Part shown: one piece after another, positions 10,712 through 20,332 of the stretch
Layout of the letters: every line of letters starts with the position of its first letter
How positions within the stretch are numbered: the stretch's first letter is position 1
Assembly (NCBI GenBank): GCA_964621445.1
Contig: CAZUNO010000005.1
Location: 89,338 to 153,337 of the forward strand
Reading direction: 5' to 3'
DNA: 64,000 bases
Source: Candidatus Hadarchaeota archaeon
GTDB taxonomy: Archaea; CAYQAE01; CAYVLA01
Made by a program: the position numbers and the translations under genes
The notes under the pieces: model-generated
What the model was told of the DNA's origin: nothing
Seen by the model: the letters and a program-made list of their open reading frames with translations, nothing else
Database searches by the model: none

Positions 10712-12561
10712 CCCCTGAAAACGGGTCTCCTGGAGAGGAGCCTGGGGAGGGGCAGCGATCTTTTTGGAAAACCCTCCACCTCAGCGGATATCCTTGACAC
10801 CAATTTCTCCAGGGACATATCCTCGATCTCCCCGGAGTTTCTAACCCTAACCGGCAACAAGCCGGAACTCCGCTCATCGTCGCCAACCACCACTATGTAG
10901 GGTACCCATTCCCGCTCGGCGTCCCTCACCTTTCTGCCCACGGACTGAGATCTGTCGTCGATGTCCACCCTGATCTTACTGGACTCCACCCGTTCCGCAA
11001 GCTTTTCCGCGAAACCAAGGTGGTCATCACTTACCGGACATATCCTAAGCTGGGTGGGAGAGAGCCAGAGAGGGAGGGATGCCGTCCTTCCATTCTTCTG
11101 GTCGAGATGTGCCTTTTCCAGAAGGGCGTAGACGGTCCTGTCTATCCCACCGCTTATGCTGGCATGCAACATAAGGGGAAATCTTTCCTCGCCCTCGCTA
11201 TCCACGTACTTAATGTCGAATCTCTTGGTGTTCTCGGTATCTATCTGGACCGTGGATAGGGCGGAGGCCTTGTCCAGGGCATCGATAAAGTTAAACTCGA
11301 ACTTCATTACGAAATAGAAACTCCTCTCGTCCCACATCTCTATGAGCACCGGCTTGTCCACCATACTGGCCAGCTTATTAGGCAGATCCCGATTTTCATC
11401 GAAGAAGTCGCGAACGAACCTTATTCCCACCTGATAATCTATGCCCAGGTCCCTCATCCAGCCCATGCACAGCTGGTACTGTTTCACGAACTCCTCTATG
11501 GCCTGATCCATATCCTGGGCCAGGGTATGCATATCAGGCATGGTAAAAGCCCTGAGCCTTCTAAGACCCACGACCTCCCCCCGCTGCTCCCGCCTGAAGC
11601 TGTAATGTGTTAGCTCATATAATCTAAGGGGCAGATTTCTATAGGAGATGGACATGTCGTGCTTCATCAAATACTGGCCGAAGCAGGCCGCAAACCTAAG
11701 GAAAAGATTCCTTCGGTCGGACTCGAGGGTGTACTGCCTGGCCGGGAACCGGTCTATATAGGCCTTAAGATTGGGGTGGGACCTATCGTACATTATGGGT
11801 GTTTCAACCTCCATGCCCCCATTTGCGCGGGCTATGTCGGTGACGTGCTCCTCAAGGAGCCTCTTTACCAGGGCGCCTTTTGGATACCACCTCAAATTGC
11901 CAATATCGCTCCCTGGTTCGTAATCGGCCAATTCAAGCCTCTGCATGAGCTTAACGTGGGGGGGAACCTTATCAACGGCCCTGGCCTTGGTCCTTTCGTA
12001 CTGAAGAAACTTCTGCAGGTCGGGATATTCCTCGAAATCGAAGTTACCGGGTTCCACGAGATCGCCCTCGGGGGTCAGTATGTACCACGAGGACTCTATC
12101 TTTTCCTCCCTTTCAAGGGCCTGTGAATCGCGCTGGCCGCCCTCCAACTTGATATCTCGGCTCAGCTCGGAAAGCGGATGTCCCTTGCAGCTTATTTCGA
12201 AGGCCTTATAATAACCAAATGGGGCCCTCCTCACCTCAAGACCGGAGTCAAGCTCCGATTCCAGGCCCCTCAAAACCTCCACCGCGGTTTCAGGAGAGGA
12301 TAGTTGCGATGAAAGATGTGCATAGGGGTAAATCAGGACTTTCTCGACCCCGACCTGCCCCGCCACGTCCTGTATCTCCCCGGCCGCTCTTTGAACCACC
12401 TGCTGGGGATCATCCTCATCCGGAGATTCAACAGCGGTGAAAACCACGAGGACTTCATCCATCTTATCGCCGGTGAAATCTTCCGGCAGATCCTCGGCGT
12501 GTCTCGTCTTCTTCTTAATGTCGTATTGCATGGAGTCGGCATGGATGAGAAGCATTCTCAT
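10708..12561 (-). CDS. thrS: Threonyl-tRNA synthetase, archaeal type with N-terminal editing domain
   Basis: MRMLLIHAD, YPYAHLSS, CKGHPLSELSR, FAACFG, RLRAFTMPDMH. Confidence 0.97.
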   Translation of the reverse strand: MRMLLIHADSMQYDIKKKTRHAEDLPEDFTGDKMDEVLVVFTAVESPDEDDPQQVVQRAAGEIQDVAGQVGVEKVLIYPYAHLSSQLSSPETAVEVLRGLESELDSGLEVRRAPFGYYKAFEISCKGHPLSELSRDIKLEGGQRDSQALEREEKIESSWYILTPEGDLVEPGNFDFEEYPDLQKFLQYERTKARAVDKVPPHVKLMQRLELADYEPGSDIGNLRWYPKGALVKRLLEEHVTDIARANGGMEVETPIMYDRSHPNLKAYIDRFPARQYTLESDRRNLFLRFAACFGQYLMKHDMSISYRNLPLRLYELTHYSFRREQRGEVVGLRRLRAFTMPDMHTLAQDMDQAIEEFVKQYQLCMGWMRDLGIDYQVGIRFVRDFFDENRDLPNKLASMVDKPVLIEMWDERSFYFVMKFEFNFIDALDKASALSTVQIDTENTKRFDIKYVDSEGEERFPLMLHASISGGIDRTVYALLEKAHLDQKNGRTASLPLWLSPTQLRICPVSDDHLGFAEKLAERVESSKIRVDIDDRSQSVGRKVRDAEREWVPYIVVVGDDERSSGLLPVRVRNSGEIEDMSLEKLVSRISAEVEGFPKRSLPLPRLLSRRPVFRG

Positions 12562-12615
12562 GGTCGGCCACTACCATGCAACGACCTGAATAAGAGCTAA
12601 TAAATGGTGCCGGAG

Positions 12616-15600
12616 CTAAATGAAGTCCCCAAGGCTCATCTGAGGGGCTTCCCGGGTCTCAATCGAATTGAAATTGGCCCTTATCATTGAAACCTGCAGA
12701 TTTGATTCCCCTCGGTCCATCTCCAGCGGCGAGGTTTCAACCAGATCCAATAGGGACGCAACATCGACCTCGATGGAACAGGGCACTACCTGACCCGAGC
12801 AGTCGCAGGTACCGCTGAGGGGAATTCTCCTATAGGTTTTCCCACACTTACCACACACGAACTCCCTGGTGCCTCCCCTCATGGCCGCAGTTTTGGCCAG
12901 CTCCGTTACCTCCAGGACCACGCTCCTGCAGATCTCCACCTCCAGATCCTGCCCGCAGTCCGGACAGCTGAAGTCCCTAAGATCCATGATGGTAAATGAT
13001 CGACCACAGCTCCCGCATACGTACTCCTCTAGTTCGTGCCCTAGAACGGGGTAGCTCTTGAGTTTCGGTTTTGGCTTTGGTTTGGGTTTTGGCTCCTTCT
13101 TGGACTTCCCTCCTCCTAGGGCATCCAGCAGGGTAAGCTGGGAGGAATCGGCGACTAGCTCATCGATGTCAAGCTCGAGAGCATCGAATATTCTACGAAC
13201 CGGGGGAAGTATCTGTCGCCTTATGTAATACTCGTGATCCAGGTTTATATCATGCTCTCGTACGTAGGTCGGGTCCTCTGACCTCTCAACCAGCAGGCCA
13301 TTCCCATGGGTTATCACAAAGGGAACTCTACTGCCCACCTCGGGAGCACTGGCTGGATCCCTTCTTCTCATCCTCTCACAGAGCTCCGCATGAGGCTGTC
13401 TTCCCTTGTATTCGCTGGGGCTCTTGCTCAGGGTTCTGGTTTGGATAAGCTTTTCCAGGGGTATTCTGTCCTCCCTGAGATCCTCGATAAGAGATTTCAT
13501 GTACTTCGATGCTTCCTCAATTTCACCCTTTCTGAGCAGGAGGTCAAGGACCTTCTTCATGGCCTCGGTGGCCTGGTTGCACCACTCTCTTCGAACCGTT
13601 TCCAGGCCCTTGACCTTCATGGGCGGTTCCTTGCCCTCCATGAACAGGGCGTACCTCTTCTTGGTAACGAATAATGCCCTCTGTGAAAAGGCCTCGTATT
13701 GCAGCTCCATGGGCTCAGGTAACGAGTCGCTGAGGATCTCCCCCATACGAGCTCCAAGGGAGGCCGCATCCTCTACAGGAATCCCTTTCCTATCAGTACC
13801 GACCGGGTTCATCTTAACGAAAACGCTGTCGGTGTCCCCGTAAACAACCTCCAGCTCCACCTCGGTCAGGCCCTCCCTATCCTCCACCTCATCTTCCAGG
13901 AAGGCCTTTCCATTTCCCAGGTATGCTCTCATCAATTCGGACTCGATGATCCTCTTAGTCTCGGTAATGGTCTCCCTACCGGTTCTGGTAACGGTGTTTG
14001 CTATGGTCAGCTCGTACATGCGAGACCGAATGTATCCAAAATAACCGTAGAAGCTGTTGAGGAGTATCTTTACAGCCAGCTGTGTCATGTCCAGGATCCT
14101 GTACTGGTCCCCCTTTTCGACCTTCTTGAGCTCCCCCTTTAGGAGGAGTCTCTTTTCCAGGAGCTCCTCCAGGATCCTGGGCACGATACCCTTGTACTTG
14201 TCCTTACTTACGAACTTCCCCTTATCCAAGGTCGAGAAGCAAATATTATTTGCGATCATGATCGTTGGATACAGGGATTTGTAATCCATCACGATTACGT
14301 TCTCCTGGAGGCCGCTCCTGGGCTCCAGAACATGACCTCCCTTCAGCCCCTCTTCCTTTCTAACCCGACGCCTCTTGGCGGTCTCCTCATCATCGGGCTT
14401 ACAGGGCATGACCCTCTCGTAACGACCAAGCTCTCTCAGGAGTAGATTATCAATCATGATGGACTGACCAGCCTCCACCAGGTCCTGCAAAAGGGTTCCG
14501 CTCACCTGGGCCAAGGCCACATGCTTGTCAAGAAGTCCCTTGGATAGGAGTATATCCAGGGGCAATATCGCGTCCTTTCTGGAATATCTAACCAGCTTTT
14601 CAAGCCCTTTGCCCTGGCTCTTCCAAAGGGTCGGTATCTCGGTATGGTGGACATCGACCTTGTCCTGACCCAGAATCTCCTTTGAAACCGCTCCCAGCCC
14701 GTAGCGCTTGAATGCGAAATCGCTCCTGACCAGGGGGAGAACATCCACAACCACCCGTCCGGTTATGCTGATGCTGGTCCTGTTCCCGAAACTACGATAA
14801 TAGCTATTCTTATCCGCCCTTCCCATCTTGGGTTTCACGCCCAGCTGCCTCATGCGGTCGATTATATAGGGAAAGTCGAACTGATTGGAGTTGTAGCCCA
14901 GGAGAACATCGGGGTCAAATCTCCTGAGTATATCAAGGAACCTCCCCAACATTTCCTCCTCGTTTTCAAAACCCTGAGCGCCGTCAATTGATACCGGGCG
15001 GCTGACCAGCACTAGATCCTCTCTGCCCTCAAAAGAGGGGTTGAAGGCCAGGCTGATCATGATGATGGGGTCCATCTCGGGCTTTGGCATCCCATCGCCG
15101 CTCTCGGCCAGGCACTCTATATCCAGGCAGAGGTACCTTAGGTCCGGGTGCTCCTCTATATCGCTGGAACCAAGGTTATTTGATATGGTCTCCAACTTGA
15201 TTTTGGTGTTGACCGTCTTAGTTCTAGTGGGGCGGTAGTTCTCAACCCGTATCCAGCTATTGGGCTTGAGGCCGGTGTCTATTAGAAACCTATTCTTGAA
15301 CAGGATGTCGGCCTCGTATATGGTTCCGTACTCCTTTACGGACTCCCTGAGATCCCTCACATTCTTGGGCTCCTGGGCCACGATGAGAAGCATCTGCTTC
15401 TTCTGCTTCTGGTATCCGAAAGGAGTGTACCTCTCCACGATCCTAACATCATTTATCTTCTTGAATCTCTGCTTGAGCTCCTCGCTCAGGGCCCCCAGCG
15501 AATCCCGGGAGTCCAGGCCGGGGTTTAAATAGAAATAGGGCTTGAAACCCCTGACGAAGACCGTGGTGCTCCGGTCGCTTTCATCCTTGCAGAATAGACG

Positions 15601-15672
15601 AATCACCGGGTCTCCGCTGCTTTCATATGAATAATCGGCCCCAAGCAGATAAAGGGGAATGGCATTAGTCAT
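12616..15672 (-). CDS. polB: Family B DNA polymerase with C-terminal double Cys4 extension
   Basis: Exo motifs DIE, YNSNQFD, YSRKD; pol motifs DYKSLYP, KILLNSFYG, YGDTDS; no intein; extra ~150-aa Cys-rich C-terminus ending in PIP-like QMSLGDFI. Confidence 0.96.
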   Translation of the reverse strand: MTNAIPLYLLGADYSYESSGDPVIRLFCKDESDRSTTVFVRGFKPYFYLNPGLDSRDSLGALSEELKQRFKKINDVRIVERYTPFGYQKQKKQMLLIVAQEPKNVRDLRESVKEYGTIYEADILFKNRFLIDTGLKPNSWIRVENYRPTRTKTVNTKIKLETISNNLGSSDIEEHPDLRYLCLDIECLAESGDGMPKPEMDPIIMISLAFNPSFEGREDLVLVSRPVSIDGAQGFENEEEMLGRFLDILRRFDPDVLLGYNSNQFDFPYIIDRMRQLGVKPKMGRADKNSYYRSFGNRTSISITGRVVVDVLPLVRSDFAFKRYGLGAVSKEILGQDKVDVHHTEIPTLWKSQGKGLEKLVRYSRKDAILPLDILLSKGLLDKHVALAQVSGTLLQDLVEAGQSIMIDNLLLRELGRYERVMPCKPDDEETAKRRRVRKEEGLKGGHVLEPRSGLQENVIVMDYKSLYPTIMIANNICFSTLDKGKFVSKDKYKGIVPRILEELLEKRLLLKGELKKVEKGDQYRILDMTQLAVKILLNSFYGYFGYIRSRMYELTIANTVTRTGRETITETKRIIESELMRAYLGNGKAFLEDEVEDREGLTEVELEVVYGDTDSVFVKMNPVGTDRKGIPVEDAASLGARMGEILSDSLPEPMELQYEAFSQRALFVTKKRYALFMEGKEPPMKVKGLETVRREWCNQATEAMKKVLDLLLRKGEIEEASKYMKSLIEDLREDRIPLEKLIQTRTLSKSPSEYKGRQPHAELCERMRRRDPASAPEVGSRVPFVITHGNGLLVERSEDPTYVREHDINLDHEYYIRRQILPPVRRIFDALELDIDELVADSSQLTLLDALGGGKSKKEPKPKPKPKPKLKSYPVLGHELEEYVCGSCGRSFTIMDLRDFSCPDCGQDLEVEICRSVVLEVTELAKTAAMRGGTREFVCGKCGKTYRRIPLSGTCDCSGQVVPCSIEVDVASLLDLVETSPLEMDRGESNLQVSMIRANFNSIETREAPQMSLGDFI

Positions 15673-15739
15673 CTAGATTCCTCTAAACAAAAGGGGAATA
15701 AAGATTCTTTTACCTATAGTATGGGGCAAGGAAGAAGGG

Positions 15740-16252
15740 TCACTGTTCCTGGGGCGAGGCCTCCTCTGCCTCGACCTCCTCCTCATCCAATTCAAATTCC
15801 CCCTCTTCCCATTCCATTTCCTCTCCTCCACCACGCTTGTCCTTAACGTAGAAAAGTCCTGCAATTACGAACATGATAATCCCAACCCAAAGCATCCACC
15901 TGAGCATGATCACTTCCTCGTTCTGTGATGGCTCCTCCCCGTATCTCATAAGGTCCCTGTACCATAATTCGGTGTACAGGCCGACCACTAGAAACACGGC
16001 GGCCAGGATTACCACGGCCTTGATGAACCCGAAAGAACCCTCGGCTCCCTCCGAGACAACGTCGGTGTCTGGAAGCCCGGATATGGCCTGTTTGACATGC
16101 TCCTTCTCCACCATATCGGCTTCCGACATCTCGGCTGCCTTTTCGGAGTCCTTCTCTATCCTCCTAAGGACCTTATCGATCTCCGCCGCGTTTCCGGGGA
16201 TTTTCTCCCTCCTCGATTCCAAAAATTCCTTAGCTCCAGTACTCCATTCCAT
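15740..16252 (-). CDS. Two-TM membrane protein with PCP_red-like N-terminal helical domain and acidic tail
   Basis: MEWSTGAKEFL...KIP...E..A...VEKEHVKQA pattern; two hydrophobic helices; Glu-rich C-terminus. Confidence 0.6.
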   Translation of the reverse strand: MEWSTGAKEFLESRREKIPGNAAEIDKVLRRIEKDSEKAAEMSEADMVEKEHVKQAISGLPDTDVVSEGAEGSFGFIKAVVILAAVFLVVGLYTELWYRDLMRYGEEPSQNEEVIMLRWMLWVGIIMFVIAGLFYVKDKRGGGEEMEWEEGEFELDEEEVEAEEASPQEQ

Positions 16253-16342
16253 GGATGGTTCCCCGCATTCAGGTTACTTGAACAAAGCAGACTCGACCCC
16301 CAACCCATATAAATCTATTACGGGGAAATGAGTTTTTCGGAC

Positions 16343-19060
16343 CTAGGCCTCTGCCCGCTGGGTATCATCCACTTCCCTTTCCGCCCCATCTCGGATCACC
16401 ATTGAACCCAACATGAGTTCATCAATCTCCGATACGAAAACCGGTGAAAGGTCTTTCATATCCCTCACGAAGAAAATACGACCCCCTCCTATGTCGGCGA
16501 TCTGTTGGGCCAGCCGCGGATTATACCACTTTGACTCCCCATCCTCGTCCACATCCCCGATACATACCACGGAGATGGTTATCCCGTACTTGGCGGTCAT
16601 CCTGGCACATCTGCGTGCATACTCGGCGGCGAATCTTTTCGGCTTAGGATGAGTGGCATCGCCATCCGTTAGCAGTATGACCTGCTTCCTACGTTCCGAA
16701 ACGACTTCCGGGTCATTGGAGCCCGGCTCCATATCCTTAAGGTCGCCAACCAATAGGTCCAGTGACCTCCTCAACCCGGCAGCGATGTTGGTTCCACCCT
16801 TTGGTAGCAAATTCGCCACCTCGGCAAGGGTCGTGTTTCGATCGGACCCCAAATCTGTGACCTCGGTGGAAAGGTCCCTGAAACCAACCACACCTACCCG
16901 ATTACCGTATCTCTCCGCTATAAGATTAAGCACCACTATGGCCTGTTTCGCGTACCATAGCTTATCTCCGTAGGCCATGCTCCCTGAGAGGTCCAGCACC
17001 ACCACTATATCCACGTCCCCCTCTGCCATGAGTTCACGCTTTTCCGGTTCCCTTTCGTAGACATAGAGGTTATCCCTTTGGACATCATCCCGACCATCAC
17101 GTATGGCATCCCTGATGGTTTCTCGAATGGCTATGTCCTTGTAGGAATCCCCTCTCCTATACTTTCGAACGTCCTTGATCTCCGAGCTGGGCAAGGGAGG
17201 AAGCTCCTGGTAGGAGACTCCGCGAAGCGCTGCATCAATCCTTTTCATAATCTGGTCATCGACATCGGACACCAGGAACCTCGATATCCTATGGGTAAAT
17301 GAGATTTTATCCTCTGAGCCATTGATCAGCCCCTCCCTCTCCAGATGCTTCCTCAAAGCACCCACGGGATCACCCTTTCCCTGTTTCGGTTCCGGTCTGT
17401 TTAGAATAGAGGCCAGTGCCGGGTACTGATCGGTCTTTTCCTTTGCTAGATCGGCGATATCCTCAAGAGATGCTCTGGTTCCCGATCTTTCCGCGTAAAG
17501 CTCGTCCCTTGCAGTCGAAATCTCCTTTACGGCCCTGCCTAGGTCATCGCCCTCTAATTCGCCGGAAAGCAACGAGGATTTCTCCGAGATATTGTTATAG
17601 AGACTGGTCAGGGGTTCCCAATCGATGCCAAACCTCTCTCTAATGCTTGACATCACCCTTGAATCCCTGATCCAACCACCCATATCCAGGTAATCAAACA
17701 CAAAGGTAGCTAGAAAGGTCATCGCCCCAAAAAGGCCCACCAGAAAAAAAGGCGATATGTTGTCGAAGGCGTGAGGAGGATCCATACCATTACCGGGTCC
17801 CGCGGAACCTTCCCCGGTCTGGCCTAGAACCCTTCCAGTGTAATTCTCGACCACCCAGGTTCGATTCTCATCCTGGACATAGAGACTGTCCGTATCCCCG
17901 TCATATGTTATCGTCGCGTTACTGCCCGGGTCGACCCCGGTCTCCTCGCTTATCTCACCCATTATGGAGTCCGGTATGTCGGTAACCTCCGTTCCCCCAC
18001 TGACATTGGTACCATCCGCGACCTCCCTCAAGTCGTCGGATAGATTGGGCATGTCCTCGTCGATATTGCCGGGATTTGCATTGTCTACTATTAGAAAGGC
18101 CACCAGGCCAAACACCAGTATGGCGCAGGCCACCATGATCGGGGTTCTATACCGTAAGGACCCGCCTGGTCGCTTTGATGAGGACTCCTTCTCCTCCTTG
18201 GCTCCTAGGAAAACATCCTGGAGAAGATTTCTAGCCACTTCCCGGTTACTCTTCCAGGAAAAGGGGTTGACCTTTATGGAATGGGACAGGGATGAATTAC
18301 ACGAGTTATACAGGTCTCTCTCCTCCGGTTCCCGTCCCGAGAGCTCGCTGCTGGCTGACACGTTTTCCACAAACCTCACGCCGGCCCTGGTGCTTGCTCC
18401 CTGTTCTAGATCGGGATGCCTTCTGCTTCTTTCCAGAAATCTCGAGGCGATATCGGGAACGTAATCCGGAACTGGAGCCAGAGTTTGGGACTTGGATCGT
18501 ATGTATTCCTTTTCGAGATCACGGTCCTCTGGATAGGAAACGGTCACTACCTGGAAATGATCCAATAGTTTGGGATCGATTTGATCTGATGTGGCCAGGG
18601 CAATGATCCTTGCATCCACATCAACCTTATACTGGAAGATCTCAATCATCCCGGTGTCCAAGAAATCCGCCAGGGCCATCGTTAGCTTCCGTGGCATGTT
18701 GTCGATATCCCTGAACAGTATCGCTCCCCCGTCGCTCTTCTCGATAATTCCGGGTATGTAGGATCTATCGTCCGAGAATCCGTATTCCTTGAGGGCCAGG
18801 GGATCAACATCTCCAAACAAGTCCACATTTCTCAGATTGGACGAGCAGTTAACCCTATCTGTATCTAGATCCAGCACTTCCAGGATAATGGAGGCCACGT
18901 TCTCCTTATCCACTCCCCGGGGACCGATGATCAGGATTGGTCTTCCAGTTAGGACGGATGATATGAGGTCAGCCTTCTCCCTTTCCGAAAGCAAGGTCTC
19001 GGATAGCTTCTCCTCCATCTCTCTGATCAGGGTCCTATTATCCTTCACCTGAGATACCAA
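16343..19060 (-). CDS. Fusion of degenerate AAA+ domain, TM, external loop, TM and vWA domain
   Basis: Altered Walker A GPRGVDKE and Walker B LFRDID; two TM helices; vWA MIDAS DLSGS, GGTNIAAGL, LLTDG. Confidence 0.88.
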   Translation of the reverse strand: MVSQVKDNRTLIREMEEKLSETLLSEREKADLISSVLTGRPILIIGPRGVDKENVASIILEVLDLDTDRVNCSSNLRNVDLFGDVDPLALKEYGFSDDRSYIPGIIEKSDGGAILFRDIDNMPRKLTMALADFLDTGMIEIFQYKVDVDARIIALATSDQIDPKLLDHFQVVTVSYPEDRDLEKEYIRSKSQTLAPVPDYVPDIASRFLERSRRHPDLEQGASTRAGVRFVENVSASSELSGREPEERDLYNSCNSSLSHSIKVNPFSWKSNREVARNLLQDVFLGAKEEKESSSKRPGGSLRYRTPIMVACAILVFGLVAFLIVDNANPGNIDEDMPNLSDDLREVADGTNVSGGTEVTDIPDSIMGEISEETGVDPGSNATITYDGDTDSLYVQDENRTWVVENYTGRVLGQTGEGSAGPGNGMDPPHAFDNISPFFLVGLFGAMTFLATFVFDYLDMGGWIRDSRVMSSIRERFGIDWEPLTSLYNNISEKSSLLSGELEGDDLGRAVKEISTARDELYAERSGTRASLEDIADLAKEKTDQYPALASILNRPEPKQGKGDPVGALRKHLEREGLINGSEDKISFTHRISRFLVSDVDDQIMKRIDAALRGVSYQELPPLPSSEIKDVRKYRRGDSYKDIAIRETIRDAIRDGRDDVQRDNLYVYEREPEKRELMAEGDVDIVVVLDLSGSMAYGDKLWYAKQAIVVLNLIAERYGNRVGVVGFRDLSTEVTDLGSDRNTTLAEVANLLPKGGTNIAAGLRRSLDLLVGDLKDMEPGSNDPEVVSERRKQVILLTDGDATHPKPKRFAAEYARRCARMTAKYGITISVVCIGDVDEDGESKWYNPRLAQQIADIGGGRIFFVRDMKDLSPVFVSEIDELMLGSMVIRDGAEREVDDTQRAEA

Positions 19061-20073
19061 CCATAATCATGTAGAACTTCGAGGGCCTGTTTCTTTACCT
19101 CCGAATGGGGGGCTCCGGTAGCCGCGGGGAGAACCGAACAAAGGGCATCATATAGATCCTTAACCTGGGCAGAGCCGTTTCCGGAGATAAGCGAGTAGGC
19201 CTGGGTCTTCTCGAAGATCTTTATGCTCGCCCTCACGCTGGCCGGTTGGAAATTTGTGTTATTACCCCTTGTTTTTTGGGTTGAGGATGCAATAGCTTCC
19301 ATCATCTCCTCACCCACCTTAACTCCAAGATCCTTTGCCTCATTCTTTATTATCGTTGCCTCGTCCTGGATCCTATTGGGATAGGACATCTCTATAACGT
19401 CAACTCTATCAAGTAGTACGTCGATGAGGGGAACATCGCCAGACTCGGCGGAAAGATTGGATGTGGCTATCATAAGGAAATCCGCCGGGTAGTCCAGATC
19501 GTAACCCGAGATGGTGGCCTTCCCTTCATCAAGGACCTGCAAAAAGGCCCCCTGCAACCTCTGGGGCATCTTCGCAATCTCGTCGCAGAAGACTATCCCG
19601 TTATTGCCCTTGAGCAGTTTTCCCGGAGTGAAAGCCCGATAATCATCGGGGGAGTATTTGAAAGCCGCAACTGGATCTATGTCTCCAAGGAGGTCCTGGA
19701 CGGTTAGGTCAGGGCTTCCCTGAATTCTCACGAATCTCTCGAGGCCACTGACATTTCTTGTAGGGGCTCTCTCCGGGTCCATTTCCGAATCGCCGTATCG
19801 GCTCCTACAAACTGGACACGCAATCTGATCGGGCTGACAGTTGAACTCGCATCCCTCTATCACATTGATAGGACCCAGCATCTTTGCCATCTCCTTGGCT
19901 AGCGTGGTCTTTCCACAACCCCTTGGCCCCTTGAGGATGACATCGTGTCCGGCCACAATTGAGGCCAGGAACTGCTTCTTCGCTTCCCTCTGTCCAATTA
20001 TCCGGGATAGCGGATCCTTTCCCTCTCTCACCGACTTGATTAGGATTTCTCGGATCTCGGTTTTGACATCCAT
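19045..20073 (-). CDS. ChlI/MoxR-like AAA+ ATPase with Cys4 insertion
   Basis: IIGQ, Walker A GPRGCGKT, Walker B VFCDE, LLDR Arg finger, SVR sensor 2; CEFNC...CPVC insert. Confidence 0.92.
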   Translation of the reverse strand: MDVKTEIREILIKSVREGKDPLSRIIGQREAKKQFLASIVAGHDVILKGPRGCGKTTLAKEMAKMLGPINVIEGCEFNCQPDQIACPVCRSRYGDSEMDPERAPTRNVSGLERFVRIQGSPDLTVQDLLGDIDPVAAFKYSPDDYRAFTPGKLLKGNNGIVFCDEIAKMPQRLQGAFLQVLDEGKATISGYDLDYPADFLMIATSNLSAESGDVPLIDVLLDRVDVIEMSYPNRIQDEATIIKNEAKDLGVKVGEEMMEAIASSTQKTRGNNTNFQPASVRASIKIFEKTQAYSLISGNGSAQVKDLYDALCSVLPAATGAPHSEVKKQALEVLHDYGWYLR

Positions 20074-20123
20074 GACCTCAACACACCCCTTCGTGTTAGT
20101 CTTCCTACCGTTTAACTCTATTC

Positions 20124-20140
20124 TATTTCATTCTGAAATA
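20124..20140. promoter_or_regulatory. Palindromic candidate operator in an AT-rich divergent promoter region
   Basis: tatttca-ttc-tgaaata perfect 7-bp inverted repeat ~50 bp upstream of the AAA gene. Confidence 0.35.
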
Positions 20141-20332
20141 ACTGAAAGGCGAAATAATGGGGCTTCAAATGTCTAGGATTTCCCTTTTCTTATTTAATAA
20201 CATTTTATGAAAATTGGTATGTCATAATTACTGCAATATAATAATACTAATTATATATTCCACCATTACCTTGACCGTGAAACGGCGTTTTTCGCCTACA
20301 TAAGATTAATAAGGTAAATCATCAGCGCTCCA

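Noticed and set aside
13058-13100. Short repeat ttcggttttggctttggtttgggttttgg
   Set aside because: Codes the (KP)n linker of PolB; not an independent repeat element.
13850-13950. Extra residues between PolB motifs B and C as a possible intein
   Set aside because: Only ~25 aa, with no Cys/Ser start or His-Asn end.
20074-20332. AT-rich spacer as a replication origin
   Set aside because: No ORB-like repeats recognised and no cdc6/orc1 gene nearby.
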